A DNA stretch of 64,000 nt from Cyanobacteria bacterium auto_48_18. GTDB lineage: Bacteria; Cyanobacteriota; Vampirovibrionia; Obscuribacterales; Obscuribacteraceae. Within the stretch, counting starts at the first letter, position 1. Each line of letters begins with the position of its first letter. The stretch lies in NCBI GenBank assembly GCA_036170915.1, contig JAVHQC010000033.1:64001-128000 (forward strand), in the 5' to 3' direction. This document shows, piece after piece, positions 1 to 8,924 of this stretch. The translations under genes and the position numbers were made by a program. The notes below the pieces were generated by a model. It ran no database searches and had not been told where the DNA came from. It saw nothing but the letters and a program-made list of their open reading frames with translations.

Positions 1-705
1 TCAATGCTCGAAATGTTAGAGCACGATACTCAAAAAATGGATTCGGCAAAGCAAGTTTTGCAACAAGCTTTAAGTCGCATTCCAAATGACGTCAATATTG
101 GACTGCGGGTATTTGGTCAGGGTGCCACTGGCCCACAGCATTCTATGTTTGGTATTGGTGGTGGTCTCAATATTGGTGCCGAGTGCCAAAATAGCGCACT
201 CTGGGTGCCAATTGGTCAACACAACCGCCGTTCTTTTATAGAAAAAGTCAGGCAGATAAAACCTTATGGTATGACGCCGCTGGCTTACGCTATCGGCCAG
301 GCGGCAGCTCATGATTTTAGAAATGTGGAAGGCAATAAAGTAATTATTTTGATTACTGATGGTGCTGATACTTGTGGTGGCAATCCCTGTGAAATTATTG
401 CCAGACTGCCCTCGTTTGGCATCAAACTAAAAGTTGACGTTGTTGGTCTTGCTCTTGGCCGTGAGCCCGAAGCACGTAAGCAACTTGATTGTATTGCCAG
501 AAATTCTGGTGGCAAATATTACGATGCCAAAAGCTCCGGCGAATTGATTAACAGCATTTCTGCCAGTGTGTCTAAGGCCATTGAGGGTCGGGTGATTATC
601 AAGCCTTCAAGCGGTTCTGTAGAGCCTGGAAGCGGTGCTTCAATCAACACTGAAACACCAATTGAACTGGTGCCCATTGAGCCTATGAAAACACTCGATA
701 AGTAA
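1..705 (+). CDS. von Willebrand factor A (VWA) domain protein, 5'-truncated by the window edge
   Basis: Frame is open from base 1 (S-M, the tail of a DxSxSM motif); carries GMTPLA, IILITDGADTCGGNPC and VDVVG motifs typical of bacterial VWA proteins. Confidence 0.85.
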   Translation, partial: SMLEMLEHDTQKMDSAKQVLQQALSRIPNDVNIGLRVFGQGATGPQHSMFGIGGGLNIGAECQNSALWVPIGQHNRRSFIEKVRQIKPYGMTPLAYAIGQAAAHDFRNVEGNKVIILITDGADTCGGNPCEIIARLPSFGIKLKVDVVGLALGREPEARKQLDCIARNSGGKYYDAKSSGELINSISASVSKAIEGRVIIKPSSGSVEPGSGASINTETPIELVPIEPMKTLDK

Positions 706-720
706 ACACTCGATAAGTAA
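691..720 (+). repeat. 15-bp tandem duplication ACACTCGATAAGTAA (x2) covering the last codons and stop of the VWA gene
   Basis: 691-705 and 706-720 are identical. Confidence 0.9.
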
Positions 721-731
721 AGGCGACGTTT

Positions 732-2309
732 TTAACGCAAGCTAATTGCTGTCCTCTTCACTGTCTCTAGTTTTTGAGTGATATGGAGGTGAGTCTTGAT
801 GTCGTCTGCCATCTTGTCAGCAACTGGCTGGTAGTAGTTGATCAACATCAGCGGATAAATTCCAAGAGCGAGAATGGAGAACGATAACGAGTAAGCCACA
901 ATTTTTTCTGTGCTGGTGGCATCAGTCAAATGGCCTTTCCATTTATCCAATTCGACTCCGTAAAAGACTTTTTTCAGCAGCCAGAGCATATAGCCGGCAG
1001 TAAGAATTACACCGAGAGCGGCGAAGTAAATCCAGCCTTGCACCATATGTCCGTTCACAGCCGAAGTGGCCATGGGAGACGTGAAGGCGCCGTAGAAAAC
1101 CGCAGCTTCAGCCACAAATCCAGATAACCCTGGCAAGCCTAAATTAGCCATGGTGCCAAGCATCCAGAAGTAGAACAAGTTAGGCATTTGTTTGGCCAGA
1201 CCACCACCGATTTCAGGTAGCTGCCTGGTATGAGTGCGCTCGTACACCGCACCAACAAGGAAGAACAGCAAAGCTGAAATCACACCGTGAGAAACCATTT
1301 GGAAAATGGCACCACTCAAGGCAGCTGACGAAAGTGACGCCACACCCAACAATACAAAACCCATGTGACTGACTGAGGACAGAGCAATGATGCGCTTCAT
1401 GTCTTGTTGAATCAAACAGGCCATTGCCGCCCAGACAATGTTGAAGGCGCCAAGTGCCATGATTTGCGGACCATAATCAACAAAGAATGTTGGGAAGAAA
1501 CCAAGGCAAATGCGCACTAGACCATAAGATCCCATTTTCAAAAGCAGACCAGCCAACAGCATTGAAATTGGTGTTGGCGCTTCTACGTGAGCATCAGGCA
1601 ACCATGTGTGCACTGGGAACGATGGCAGCTTGATGATGAAAGCGAGGAAGAAGCCAAGACAAGCGAGCAATTGAATATCTTTCGGTAAGCTCGGGCACAT
1701 TGTCGAAAGGTTGACCATATCAAACGTAGCGCTGGTGCCCATTTGCGTATACATGTAAACCAATCCGCCCAACATCAATACGCCACCAAAGAAGGTGTAT
1801 ATGAGGAATTTGAGCGAAGCATAGGCGCGCCTTGGGCCGCCCCAAATGGCAATCAAGAAATACATTGGGACGAGCTCGAGTTCGTACATAACAAAGAACT
1901 GCAGCAAGTCAAGTGAGATAAACACTCCCAGCACCGAAAATGTCAGGAGCATGAGCATGGCGTAGTAAAGTCTGGGGCGATTATTGCCAATAGAAGTAGA
2001 AGCGAGAATGGCCATCAAGGTGACGAAACCAGTCAGCACCACCAGCGATAGCGACATGCCGTCGACACCAACAAAATATTGAACCGGAAACGGAGCTTGG
2101 AACCAGCTCACTTGTTCTACTAGTTGGAAAGTAGCAGCGCGGCCGAGGTCAAATTGCGACAGAATAAATGCTGACAAGCCAAACATTCCGCCGCCGAAAG
2201 CAATGGCCAGTTTGCGCGCTGCGTTCTCGGGGCTGCACGATATGGCAAGCGCCGCGAGCATTGGCAACAGTAGAAGGATGGTAAGCAGATGTTGTGGTTC
2301 GGAATTCAC
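732..2309 (-). CDS. ndhD: NDH-1/complex I membrane subunit NdhD (NuoM, chain 4)
   Basis: Motifs FVGVDGMS, ELELVPMYFLIAIWGG, HTWLPDAHVEAP, LLLKMGSYG and SSVSHMG; start placed at GTG 2309 after a GGAG RBS (ORF track extends to 2372). Confidence 0.93.
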   Translation of the reverse strand: MNSEPQHLLTILLLLPMLAALAISCSPENAARKLAIAFGGGMFGLSAFILSQFDLGRAATFQLVEQVSWFQAPFPVQYFVGVDGMSLSLVVLTGFVTLMAILASTSIGNNRPRLYYAMLMLLTFSVLGVFISLDLLQFFVMYELELVPMYFLIAIWGGPRRAYASLKFLIYTFFGGVLMLGGLVYMYTQMGTSATFDMVNLSTMCPSLPKDIQLLACLGFFLAFIIKLPSFPVHTWLPDAHVEAPTPISMLLAGLLLKMGSYGLVRICLGFFPTFFVDYGPQIMALGAFNIVWAAMACLIQQDMKRIIALSSVSHMGFVLLGVASLSSAALSGAIFQMVSHGVISALLFFLVGAVYERTHTRQLPEIGGGLAKQMPNLFYFWMLGTMANLGLPGLSGFVAEAAVFYGAFTSPMATSAVNGHMVQGWIYFAALGVILTAGYMLWLLKKVFYGVELDKWKGHLTDATSTEKIVAYSLSFSILALGIYPLMLINYYQPVADKMADDIKTHLHITQKLETVKRTAISLR

Positions 2310-2577
2310 AGCGGTCTCCGGAAAATAAAATAGGCTTGCAACTTGTACTTGTAAGTAGGTTGCAGTGCTCAAAGAGCGCCACCAGTATAAAGCGCTGAAG
2401 CATTCTTAACATGCAGCTGCTAGGGATATTAAAGAGAAAAATCTTTTCACTCTCAACTACGCTTTATCAATCATGGTTGTTAGCACTTCATCAATGTATA
2501 GTTTTAGTGTCTGAATTACTAAGTGAAAATCAGCTCTAGTCAAGAGCTAATATGGATGACCCTCTAGGAGATAGATC

Positions 2578-4596
2578 TTGTTACCGCTAAGCGTTGAGCA
2601 GTTGAAATGGTTCGTTGAGCACGCCGGCCTGATTGTGGCAGCACCGTTCCTGGCGGGCTTCCTGATCATCATGGGCATGAGAGCCTCAAAGTTTCTCTCC
2701 ATGGCAGTATCCATAGGCGCCGTAGCTTACGGCCTTTTTCATTCACTGGCGATTTTCCAAGCGCTTGTCTCTCACGCTTTTCCTGATCCTTATTTTCAAC
2801 AAAATATTCCCTGGTTCACTTCGAGCAGCTTCACTCTCTCAGTGGGTGTATTAGTCGACAACACTGCAGCGCTGATGCTAATTGTTGTCACCTCAGTAAG
2901 TTTGCTGGTGCAAATATATACACACGGCTACATGCGTGATGATGCTGGCTACTCGCGCTTTTATGCTTACCTTTCGCTCTTTACAGGTTCGATGCTTGGT
3001 CTTGTGGTCTCAACCAACTTGTTCCAAATGTACGGTTTTTGGGAACTGGTTGGTGTCTGTTCATACTTCCTGATTGGTTTCTGGTGGCACAAAGAATCGG
3101 CTGCCAAGGCCTGCATGAAAGCATTCGTAGTCAACCGCATCGGTGACTTCGGATTTCTCATCGGCACCCTGACATTCTTCCTTTATACAAAAGATTTTTG
3201 GGGCGCTGGACCAGTGCTTGGTTTTGTTGGACCAAACGGCACCGACCTGGCCAGTGTGATTCATAAAGCCGCCGCCGCTGGTGCCTTAAATGATTCACTG
3301 CTTTGCTTCATTGCATGTTTGATCTTCATGGGTCCGATGGCTAAATCAGCGCAATTCCCATTGCACGTCTGGTTGCCTGATGCCATGGAAGGCCCTACAC
3401 CAATTTCCGCTCTGATTCACGCTGCCACCATGGTTGCCGCTGGTGTATATCTGGTAGCCCGCGCTTATCCTATCTGGCTCAATTGCGACGGCTCAGCCGG
3501 CACCGCCCTGACAGTGGTGGCAAGTATTGGTGCCATTACAGCATTCATGGCTGCCACCATTGCCATGAGTCAATACGACATCAAGCGCGTATTGGCCTGG
3601 TCAACCTGTTCTCAGCTTGGTTATATGTTTGTTGGTCTTGGCGTAGGCGCCTTCACCGGTGGTATTTTCCACCTCTTTAACCATGCCTTCTTCAAAGCAA
3701 TGCTGTTCCTTTGTAGTGGTGCTGTAATTCACGGTTTGCATGGTCAGCAAGATATTCGCGAGATGGGTGGCCTGAAAAAATCTATGCCGATCGCACATAT
3801 TTGTTTCCTGATTGGCACCCTGTCAATTTCAGGTTTCCCGCTCTTCAGCGGTTTCTTCTCTAAAGACGAAATTATTGGTGCGGCCATGGTTCATCACCCC
3901 TTCATCGGTTGGTTGATGTTGCTCACAGCCGGAATGACCGCCTTCTATATGTTCAGACTTTATTTCATGACATTTACCGGCGAATATCGCGGCAGTGCTC
4001 ATCCACACGAATCAAGCGCTGCCATGACCTGGCCGCTATTGGTGCTGGCAGTGCCATCTATATTGACTGGTTATCTTGGTTTCAACATCGCCAATCTGCA
4101 ACCGGCATTAGCTGGAGCTTCACCAGAGCACGGTTTGCCTAATCACTTCGCCGCATTCATTTTTGGACCAAATGGCCCTCACTTTGAAGGCGCCAATGTG
4201 ACGATGATGGGCATATCCATTGCTGTGGGTCTGGCCGGTTTCTTCATCGCTTATTTGATGTATCTGACCAGAACTCTACACTTCAATAAAACCTTCGCCG
4301 AATCTAAAGAAGGTATGGCCAACCTTATTTACAATATGTCGTTCAATAAGTGGTACATGGACGATCTTTATTTCGGCATCGTCGATCGCGTTTTACTTCC
4401 CACTTATAAAAATGTCTGGACCTTTGTAGACATGGTTATTGTGGAAGGCGTGGTCAACGGCGTAGGCCTGATAACCATGAGTATTGGCGAAGTGCTCAAG
4501 TATTTGCAAAATGGGCGTGGCCAGTACTATGCACTGGTAATCTTTGCCGCTGTGGCAGGTATTGCTTGGATTTCATATATCTTGCCCCCTCACTAA
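2578..4596 (+). CDS. ndhF: NDH-1/complex I membrane subunit NdhF (NuoL, chain 5)
   Basis: Motifs WELVGVCSYFLIGFW, NRIGDFG, KSAQFPLHVWLPDAMEGPTPISALIHAATMV and LQNGRGQYY (cyanobacterial-like C-terminus); AGGAG before the TTG start. Confidence 0.95.
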   Translation: MLPLSVEQLKWFVEHAGLIVAAPFLAGFLIIMGMRASKFLSMAVSIGAVAYGLFHSLAIFQALVSHAFPDPYFQQNIPWFTSSSFTLSVGVLVDNTAALMLIVVTSVSLLVQIYTHGYMRDDAGYSRFYAYLSLFTGSMLGLVVSTNLFQMYGFWELVGVCSYFLIGFWWHKESAAKACMKAFVVNRIGDFGFLIGTLTFFLYTKDFWGAGPVLGFVGPNGTDLASVIHKAAAAGALNDSLLCFIACLIFMGPMAKSAQFPLHVWLPDAMEGPTPISALIHAATMVAAGVYLVARAYPIWLNCDGSAGTALTVVASIGAITAFMAATIAMSQYDIKRVLAWSTCSQLGYMFVGLGVGAFTGGIFHLFNHAFFKAMLFLCSGAVIHGLHGQQDIREMGGLKKSMPIAHICFLIGTLSISGFPLFSGFFSKDEIIGAAMVHHPFIGWLMLLTAGMTAFYMFRLYFMTFTGEYRGSAHPHESSAAMTWPLLVLAVPSILTGYLGFNIANLQPALAGASPEHGLPNHFAAFIFGPNGPHFEGANVTMMGISIAVGLAGFFIAYLMYLTRTLHFNKTFAESKEGMANLIYNMSFNKWYMDDLYFGIVDRVLLPTYKNVWTFVDMVIVEGVVNGVGLITMSIGEVLKYLQNGRGQYYALVIFAAVAGIAWISYILPPH

Positions 4597-4639
4597 ATTG
4601 CACGGCTAATCTTTTTTAAGGAACGCAGAGGATAAACGG

Positions 4640-4903
4640 ATGAGTTCAGATTCACACGCAGATGATCAGGGTCACGGACACGATAGCCATGACGCTCACG
4701 CGAGCAGCGAGGGCATTCCAGAGTCGAGCTTGCAAGATTTGATTCTCAAAGGTGTCACCATTGTTGCCGCTGTGGCTTTAATCGGTTCAGGTTTTTGGTG
4801 GAAAATGCAGCCACTACCTGAGGGCGGGCATGAAGCCGGTCACGAGCAGAGTCATGAACCAGGCCAGAGTGCCGGGCAAGTCGAGCACGCTCCTGCTCAC
4901 TAA
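4640..4903 (+). CDS. Small His-rich single-pass membrane protein
   Basis: GAGG RBS; His/Asp-rich N-terminus, one hydrophobic helix, His/Glu-rich C-terminus; 43 nt after ndhF. Confidence 0.75.
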   Translation: MSSDSHADDQGHGHDSHDAHASSEGIPESSLQDLILKGVTIVAAVALIGSGFWWKMQPLPEGGHEAGHEQSHEPGQSAGQVEHAPAH

Positions 4904-5135
4904 TCTATTTCTACTTCTACTTTAAATTCTTCGCCTTTTCTTTATCTTTGAATCGTCTCAAATTGTTGCCGAGACTGCGTGTATGAGTCAGTTAGCTGGT
5001 TGCTTGTCAACCTTTCATGCTATCTTATCCTGATTGAGAAGCGCCGTATTATGCGCTTTTATTGAATCGAATGCGATTCAAATCAAATGAGCCGTTTTTT
5101 AAACGGTCTGTAGCTCACTCTTTGAGGGTATTTGA

Positions 5136-7130
5136 ATGCAGGAAGTAACAGTTGGTATTGCTGGAGCAGCCGGTGACGGTCTAGATAAATCCGGCGATAC
5201 CTTGGCCAAGTCATGCAGCAGACTTGGTCTCCACGTTTACGCGTACAACTGCTACCAGTCGATCATCCGGGGCGGTCACATTTGGCTCCGTGTGCGTATT
5301 GGTGAAGACAAAGTTTATTCACATGGCGATAATCTCAATGTTCTCGTGGCCTTAAACCAAGATTCCATTGAGCGCCATTCTATCGAAGTGGAAGAAGGCG
5401 GCGCCGTCATCTTTAACTCAGACAAGTTGGCATGTGAGCCTACACAAGTACGCAACGGTGTTCAAATTGTCGGTTTGCCGATGAAAAAAATCACCGAAGA
5501 TGTGGTTAAAGAGCATGGTGCGCTTTTGCCTATCATGCAGAACACAGTGGCCATGGGTGCCGCAGCCTTCTTCAGCAATGTTGGTATGGAAGAGCCTAGC
5601 AGCGTGCTTGCCGACACTTTCGCCCATAAAGGTCAAAAAGTAATTGACCTCAACATCAGCTTGCTCAAAGTTGGTTACGAATTTGCCAAGGCTAATTTTA
5701 AGCCAGTAACTAAAGACTGGAATTTCAGCCGCAAGAAACGTTGTTTCTTGACCGGTAACGAAGCCATCGCTATTGGTGCCTATGCTGCTGGATGCAAATT
5801 CTATTCTGCTTATCCAATGACTCCAGCTTCAACAATTTTGCACTGGATGGCCAATCACGCTCATGAAACCGGCATCTGCGTCAAACAATGCGAAGACGAA
5901 CTGTCTGTAATCAACATGGCAATTGGAGCCGGCATCGCCGGTGCTCGTTCAATGTGCGCCACCGCTGGTGGTGGATTTGCTTTGATGACCGAAGCTGTTG
6001 GTATGGCCGGAATTATGGAAGTACCGGTTGTCTGCGTTGAAGTGCAGCGCGGCGGACCATCAACCGGTTTGCCTACCAAAACTGAACAAGCCGACTTGTT
6101 CCAAGTTTATGGCGCATCACAAGGTGAATTCCCTCGTTTGATTGTGGCACCAAAAGATATTGTTGATTGCTTCACTACAACTGTAGAAGTCTTCAATATT
6201 GCCGACCGCTATCAGATGCCAATTCTGCTCATGTCAGACTTGTTGCTGTCTGAGCATCCTGAGACTGTCGATCCTGAAGTATTCGATGGTAATCCGGTTA
6301 TCGACCGTGGTGAAATTGTCAGCGAATGGCCTGAATCAAAAGGCAAATTCAAGCGCTTCAAATTTACTGAATCAGGTGTTTCACCTCGCGCTCTGCCTGG
6401 CACTGCTAACACTGCATTCGTTTCAGCATCAGACGATCATGATGAAGAAAGCATTCTGATTTCAGACATGTTTACTTCACCAGCTACACGCCGCAAAATC
6501 ATGGAAAAGAGAAATCGCAAGATTGAGAATCTCTTGAACGAACTTCCAGCTCCTGTGTTGGAAGGCCCAGCTGATGCTGATTTGACTCTTGTATGTTGGG
6601 GTTCTACCTGGGGCCCAGTGAAAGAAGCTGCCGAGCTTCTCACCGCTCAAGGCATTAAGACCAACTTGCTCAACATCAAATACATTGCTCCTTTCCACGC
6701 TAAAGAAGTGTTGGAAATTCTCAGCAAAGCGAAGAAGAAGATTTCTGTTGAAGTCAACTTCACCAGCCAAATGGCCCGCCATATTAAAGCCGAAACCGGA
6801 ATATCAATGGATGCCCACATCAATAGATATGACGGCGAGCCCATGGAGCCTCTCTACATTGTCGAGCATGTCAAACGCATTCTCGCTGGTAAGGCCCTCG
6901 ATTACGACGTAACCGAAGACGAAGCCAAAGACATGGCTTATCACTATATACGTACACACGCCCTCGAGAAGATGCGTCCGACTGCAGCTACTCGTGAGTC
7001 TTCTAACGGACACGGCGAACCTACATGGAATGTTGAACTGAGTGAACGCGCAACAGGTAAATTGGCCGCCCGCATGAAAGTGGGTGTGTCCACCGGAGCC
7101 ACTTACAGCTTCGAAAAAGTTGCCGAATAA
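5136..7130 (+). CDS. korA: 2-oxoacid:ferredoxin oxidoreductase alpha subunit (gamma-alpha fusion) with C-terminal extension
   Basis: GAAGDG/IRGGH gamma domain, YPMTPAS, EDELS, QRGGPSTGLPTKTEQAD; substrate specificity cannot be read from sequence. Confidence 0.9.
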   Translation: MQEVTVGIAGAAGDGLDKSGDTLAKSCSRLGLHVYAYNCYQSIIRGGHIWLRVRIGEDKVYSHGDNLNVLVALNQDSIERHSIEVEEGGAVIFNSDKLACEPTQVRNGVQIVGLPMKKITEDVVKEHGALLPIMQNTVAMGAAAFFSNVGMEEPSSVLADTFAHKGQKVIDLNISLLKVGYEFAKANFKPVTKDWNFSRKKRCFLTGNEAIAIGAYAAGCKFYSAYPMTPASTILHWMANHAHETGICVKQCEDELSVINMAIGAGIAGARSMCATAGGGFALMTEAVGMAGIMEVPVVCVEVQRGGPSTGLPTKTEQADLFQVYGASQGEFPRLIVAPKDIVDCFTTTVEVFNIADRYQMPILLMSDLLLSEHPETVDPEVFDGNPVIDRGEIVSEWPESKGKFKRFKFTESGVSPRALPGTANTAFVSASDDHDEESILISDMFTSPATRRKIMEKRNRKIENLLNELPAPVLEGPADADLTLVCWGSTWGPVKEAAELLTAQGIKTNLLNIKYIAPFHAKEVLEILSKAKKKISVEVNFTSQMARHIKAETGISMDAHINRYDGEPMEPLYIVEHVKRILAGKALDYDVTEDEAKDMAYHYIRTHALEKMRPTAATRESSNGHGEPTWNVELSERATGKLAARMKVGVSTGATYSFEKVAE

Positions 7131-7185
7131 AATTGCCCGCGTTTCATGTCTGTTCAAATAATTGATTTAAGAGGTTTATAAAACG

Positions 7186-8064
7186 ATGGCAACTGTAATC
7201 GAGCTTCCAGTAGAACTATTCAAAGGGCCAGTCGATCCAGATTGGTGCCCAGGTTGCGGCGACTTTGCCGTGCTTAAAGGTGTACAAACAGCTGCTGCCA
7301 AACTTGGTATCACTCCAGAAAATCTTCTGGTGGTATCAGGCATCGGATGTTCATCCAACTTGCCTGGCTTCCTTCACGCTTATGGTATTCACAGCTTGCA
7401 CGGGCGCGCTGTGCCTGTTGCAACCGGTGCTCACCTGGCCAACACCGACCTCAAATGTGTCATCACTGGTGGTGACGGCGACGGATACGGTATTGGTATC
7501 GGTCACTTGCTGCACGCTATGCGCCGCAATTTAGATGTTACCTATATCGTCATGGACAACCAGATTTATGGTTTGACCACTGGCCAGACATCACCAACTA
7601 CAGGTACTGGTCAGAAGACAAAATCGACACCGCTAGGCAACCACGAAAATCCGCTCAACCCGCTAGCTCTGGCAATCACTGCCGGCGCTACCTTCGTTGC
7701 TCGTGCTTTTTCTGGTGAACCTAAACACATGGCTGACACCATCGCTGCTGCTATCGAACACAAAGGCTTCTCCCTTGTAGATATCTTTAGCCCTTGTGTC
7801 ACTTATAACAAGGTCAATACTTATCCCTTCTTCAAAGAACGGGTCTACAAGCTGGAAGATGAGAATTGGGATCGCAGCGATTTCCATGCCAGCCTGGCTA
7901 AGTCATTTGAGTGGGGCGATAAAATTCCTCTGGGCGTGGTTTACCAAACCGATATGCCTACTTATGAAGACAGCGAACTGGCCTTCAAAAAAGGCGCTCT
8001 TGTAAAACAATCACTGAAAACAGATCCAAAAGTCTGGGCCGGTATTGTCGAAGAGATGATCTAG
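7186..8064 (+). CDS. korB: 2-oxoacid:ferredoxin oxidoreductase beta subunit
   Basis: WCPGCGDF, SGIGCSS, GGDGD TPP motif, YGLTTGQTSPT, SPCVTYN. Confidence 0.92.
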   Translation: MATVIELPVELFKGPVDPDWCPGCGDFAVLKGVQTAAAKLGITPENLLVVSGIGCSSNLPGFLHAYGIHSLHGRAVPVATGAHLANTDLKCVITGGDGDGYGIGIGHLLHAMRRNLDVTYIVMDNQIYGLTTGQTSPTTGTGQKTKSTPLGNHENPLNPLALAITAGATFVARAFSGEPKHMADTIAAAIEHKGFSLVDIFSPCVTYNKVNTYPFFKERVYKLEDENWDRSDFHASLAKSFEWGDKIPLGVVYQTDMPTYEDSELAFKKGALVKQSLKTDPKVWAGIVEEMI

Positions 8065-8107
8065 TCTGCGGGCTAGGTCAAATCCACGAAAGTAGAAAGT
8101 GAATCAT

Positions 8108-8142
8108 GGGGTGGGCGATTGTGACCCACCCCTTATTCCTTT
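8108..8142 (+). terminator. Probable intrinsic terminator after korB
   Basis: Hairpin GGGGTGGG-cgattgtga-CCCACCCC followed by TTATTCCTTT. Confidence 0.65.
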
Positions 8143-8159
8143 AAAGCGGGAATGGACGA

Positions 8160-8231
8160 ACAATTTCTAAGATACTGGCTACGCCCGGACGAAATCTCTC
8201 CAGTAAGTAAGACAATCTCTTAGATACTGGC
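8160..8231. repeat. Imperfect 20-bp direct repeat pair separated by 32 nt
   Basis: ACAATTTCTAAGATACTGGC (8160-8179) versus ACAATCTCTTAGATACTGGC (8212-8231), 18/20 identical. Confidence 0.75.
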
Positions 8232-8456
8232 GAACGATTATTTATAGGGCTCTTGTCTTATTGGTAGATATATGAGATTCTTGCTTTGTGAATCTTTTAT
8301 CAGCTTTGGCTATCTTTTAAATATACAAGTGCCTGGGCGCGTTTCCGTTCAGTCGTGAGTTTTAAAAGCTTCTCAAGTGCAGTTTGCGAGATTCAAATCA
8401 GCGTAGCAATGATGTAAAGTAGCTACAGCAAAAATGGCAATTTAAGTGAGGAAGTT

Positions 8457-8777
8457 ATGACTAAGTACAGCCGTATCGGTCGCAGACATCCAGATACTGC
8501 TCCAATTTCACAAGATCAACTTTCGACGTTGAAGCAAAAAGCTTTGCGTCTCAGCGAGATTGATCAGACCAGGAGAGCCTCAGTATGGGACTACTTGTCT
8601 GATATGTGGACCCAGATTACTTACAGCTTTAAGCCCAAGAGCCATCAGTGTCGCATCTATGGTCACACACTACCAAGTGGTGGCTGGCAAGCCGGCCGCA
8701 GACCTAATTGTGGAGACTGCGGTGCTCAAATAAATCATGCCGACGATCTGCGTAAAGCGCTTCCACGCGAATATTAA
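8457..8777 (+). CDS. Small hypothetical protein with putative zinc finger (C-x4-H...C-x2-C)
   Basis: GAGGAAG RBS; CRIYGH and CGDC motifs; followed by a terminator. Confidence 0.75.
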   Translation: MTKYSRIGRRHPDTAPISQDQLSTLKQKALRLSEIDQTRRASVWDYLSDMWTQITYSFKPKSHQCRIYGHTLPSGGWQAGRRPNCGDCGAQINHADDLRKALPREY

Positions 8778-8820
8778 TCAGCTTTTCCAACCGAACCAAC
8801 CCACAGAGCAATCGAAAAAT

Positions 8821-8858
8821 AACCGGCCTTGATAGCAATATCAAGACCGGTTTTTTTG
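8821..8858. terminator. Intrinsic terminator between convergent genes, probably bidirectional
   Basis: ACCGG-C-CTTGATA gcaa TATCAAG-A-CCGGT plus T-tract, with an A-tract on the other side. Confidence 0.8.
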
Positions 8859-8897
8859 TTGACACTATATCTGGTGCCAATCTTTTTGTTTGAGCCA

Positions 8898-8924
8898 TTT
8901 AGTTCGAACCGTTTAGTTCGAACC
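8898..8924 (-). repeat. 13-bp duplication TTTAGTTCGAACC (x2) covering the last codons and stop of the 8913-10259 gene
   Basis: 8898-8910 and 8912-8924 are identical. Confidence 0.85.

Noticed and set aside
8160..8231. Possible mini CRISPR array (two repeats, 32-nt spacer)
   Set aside because: Only two imperfect 20-nt repeats, shorter than usual, and no cas genes in the window
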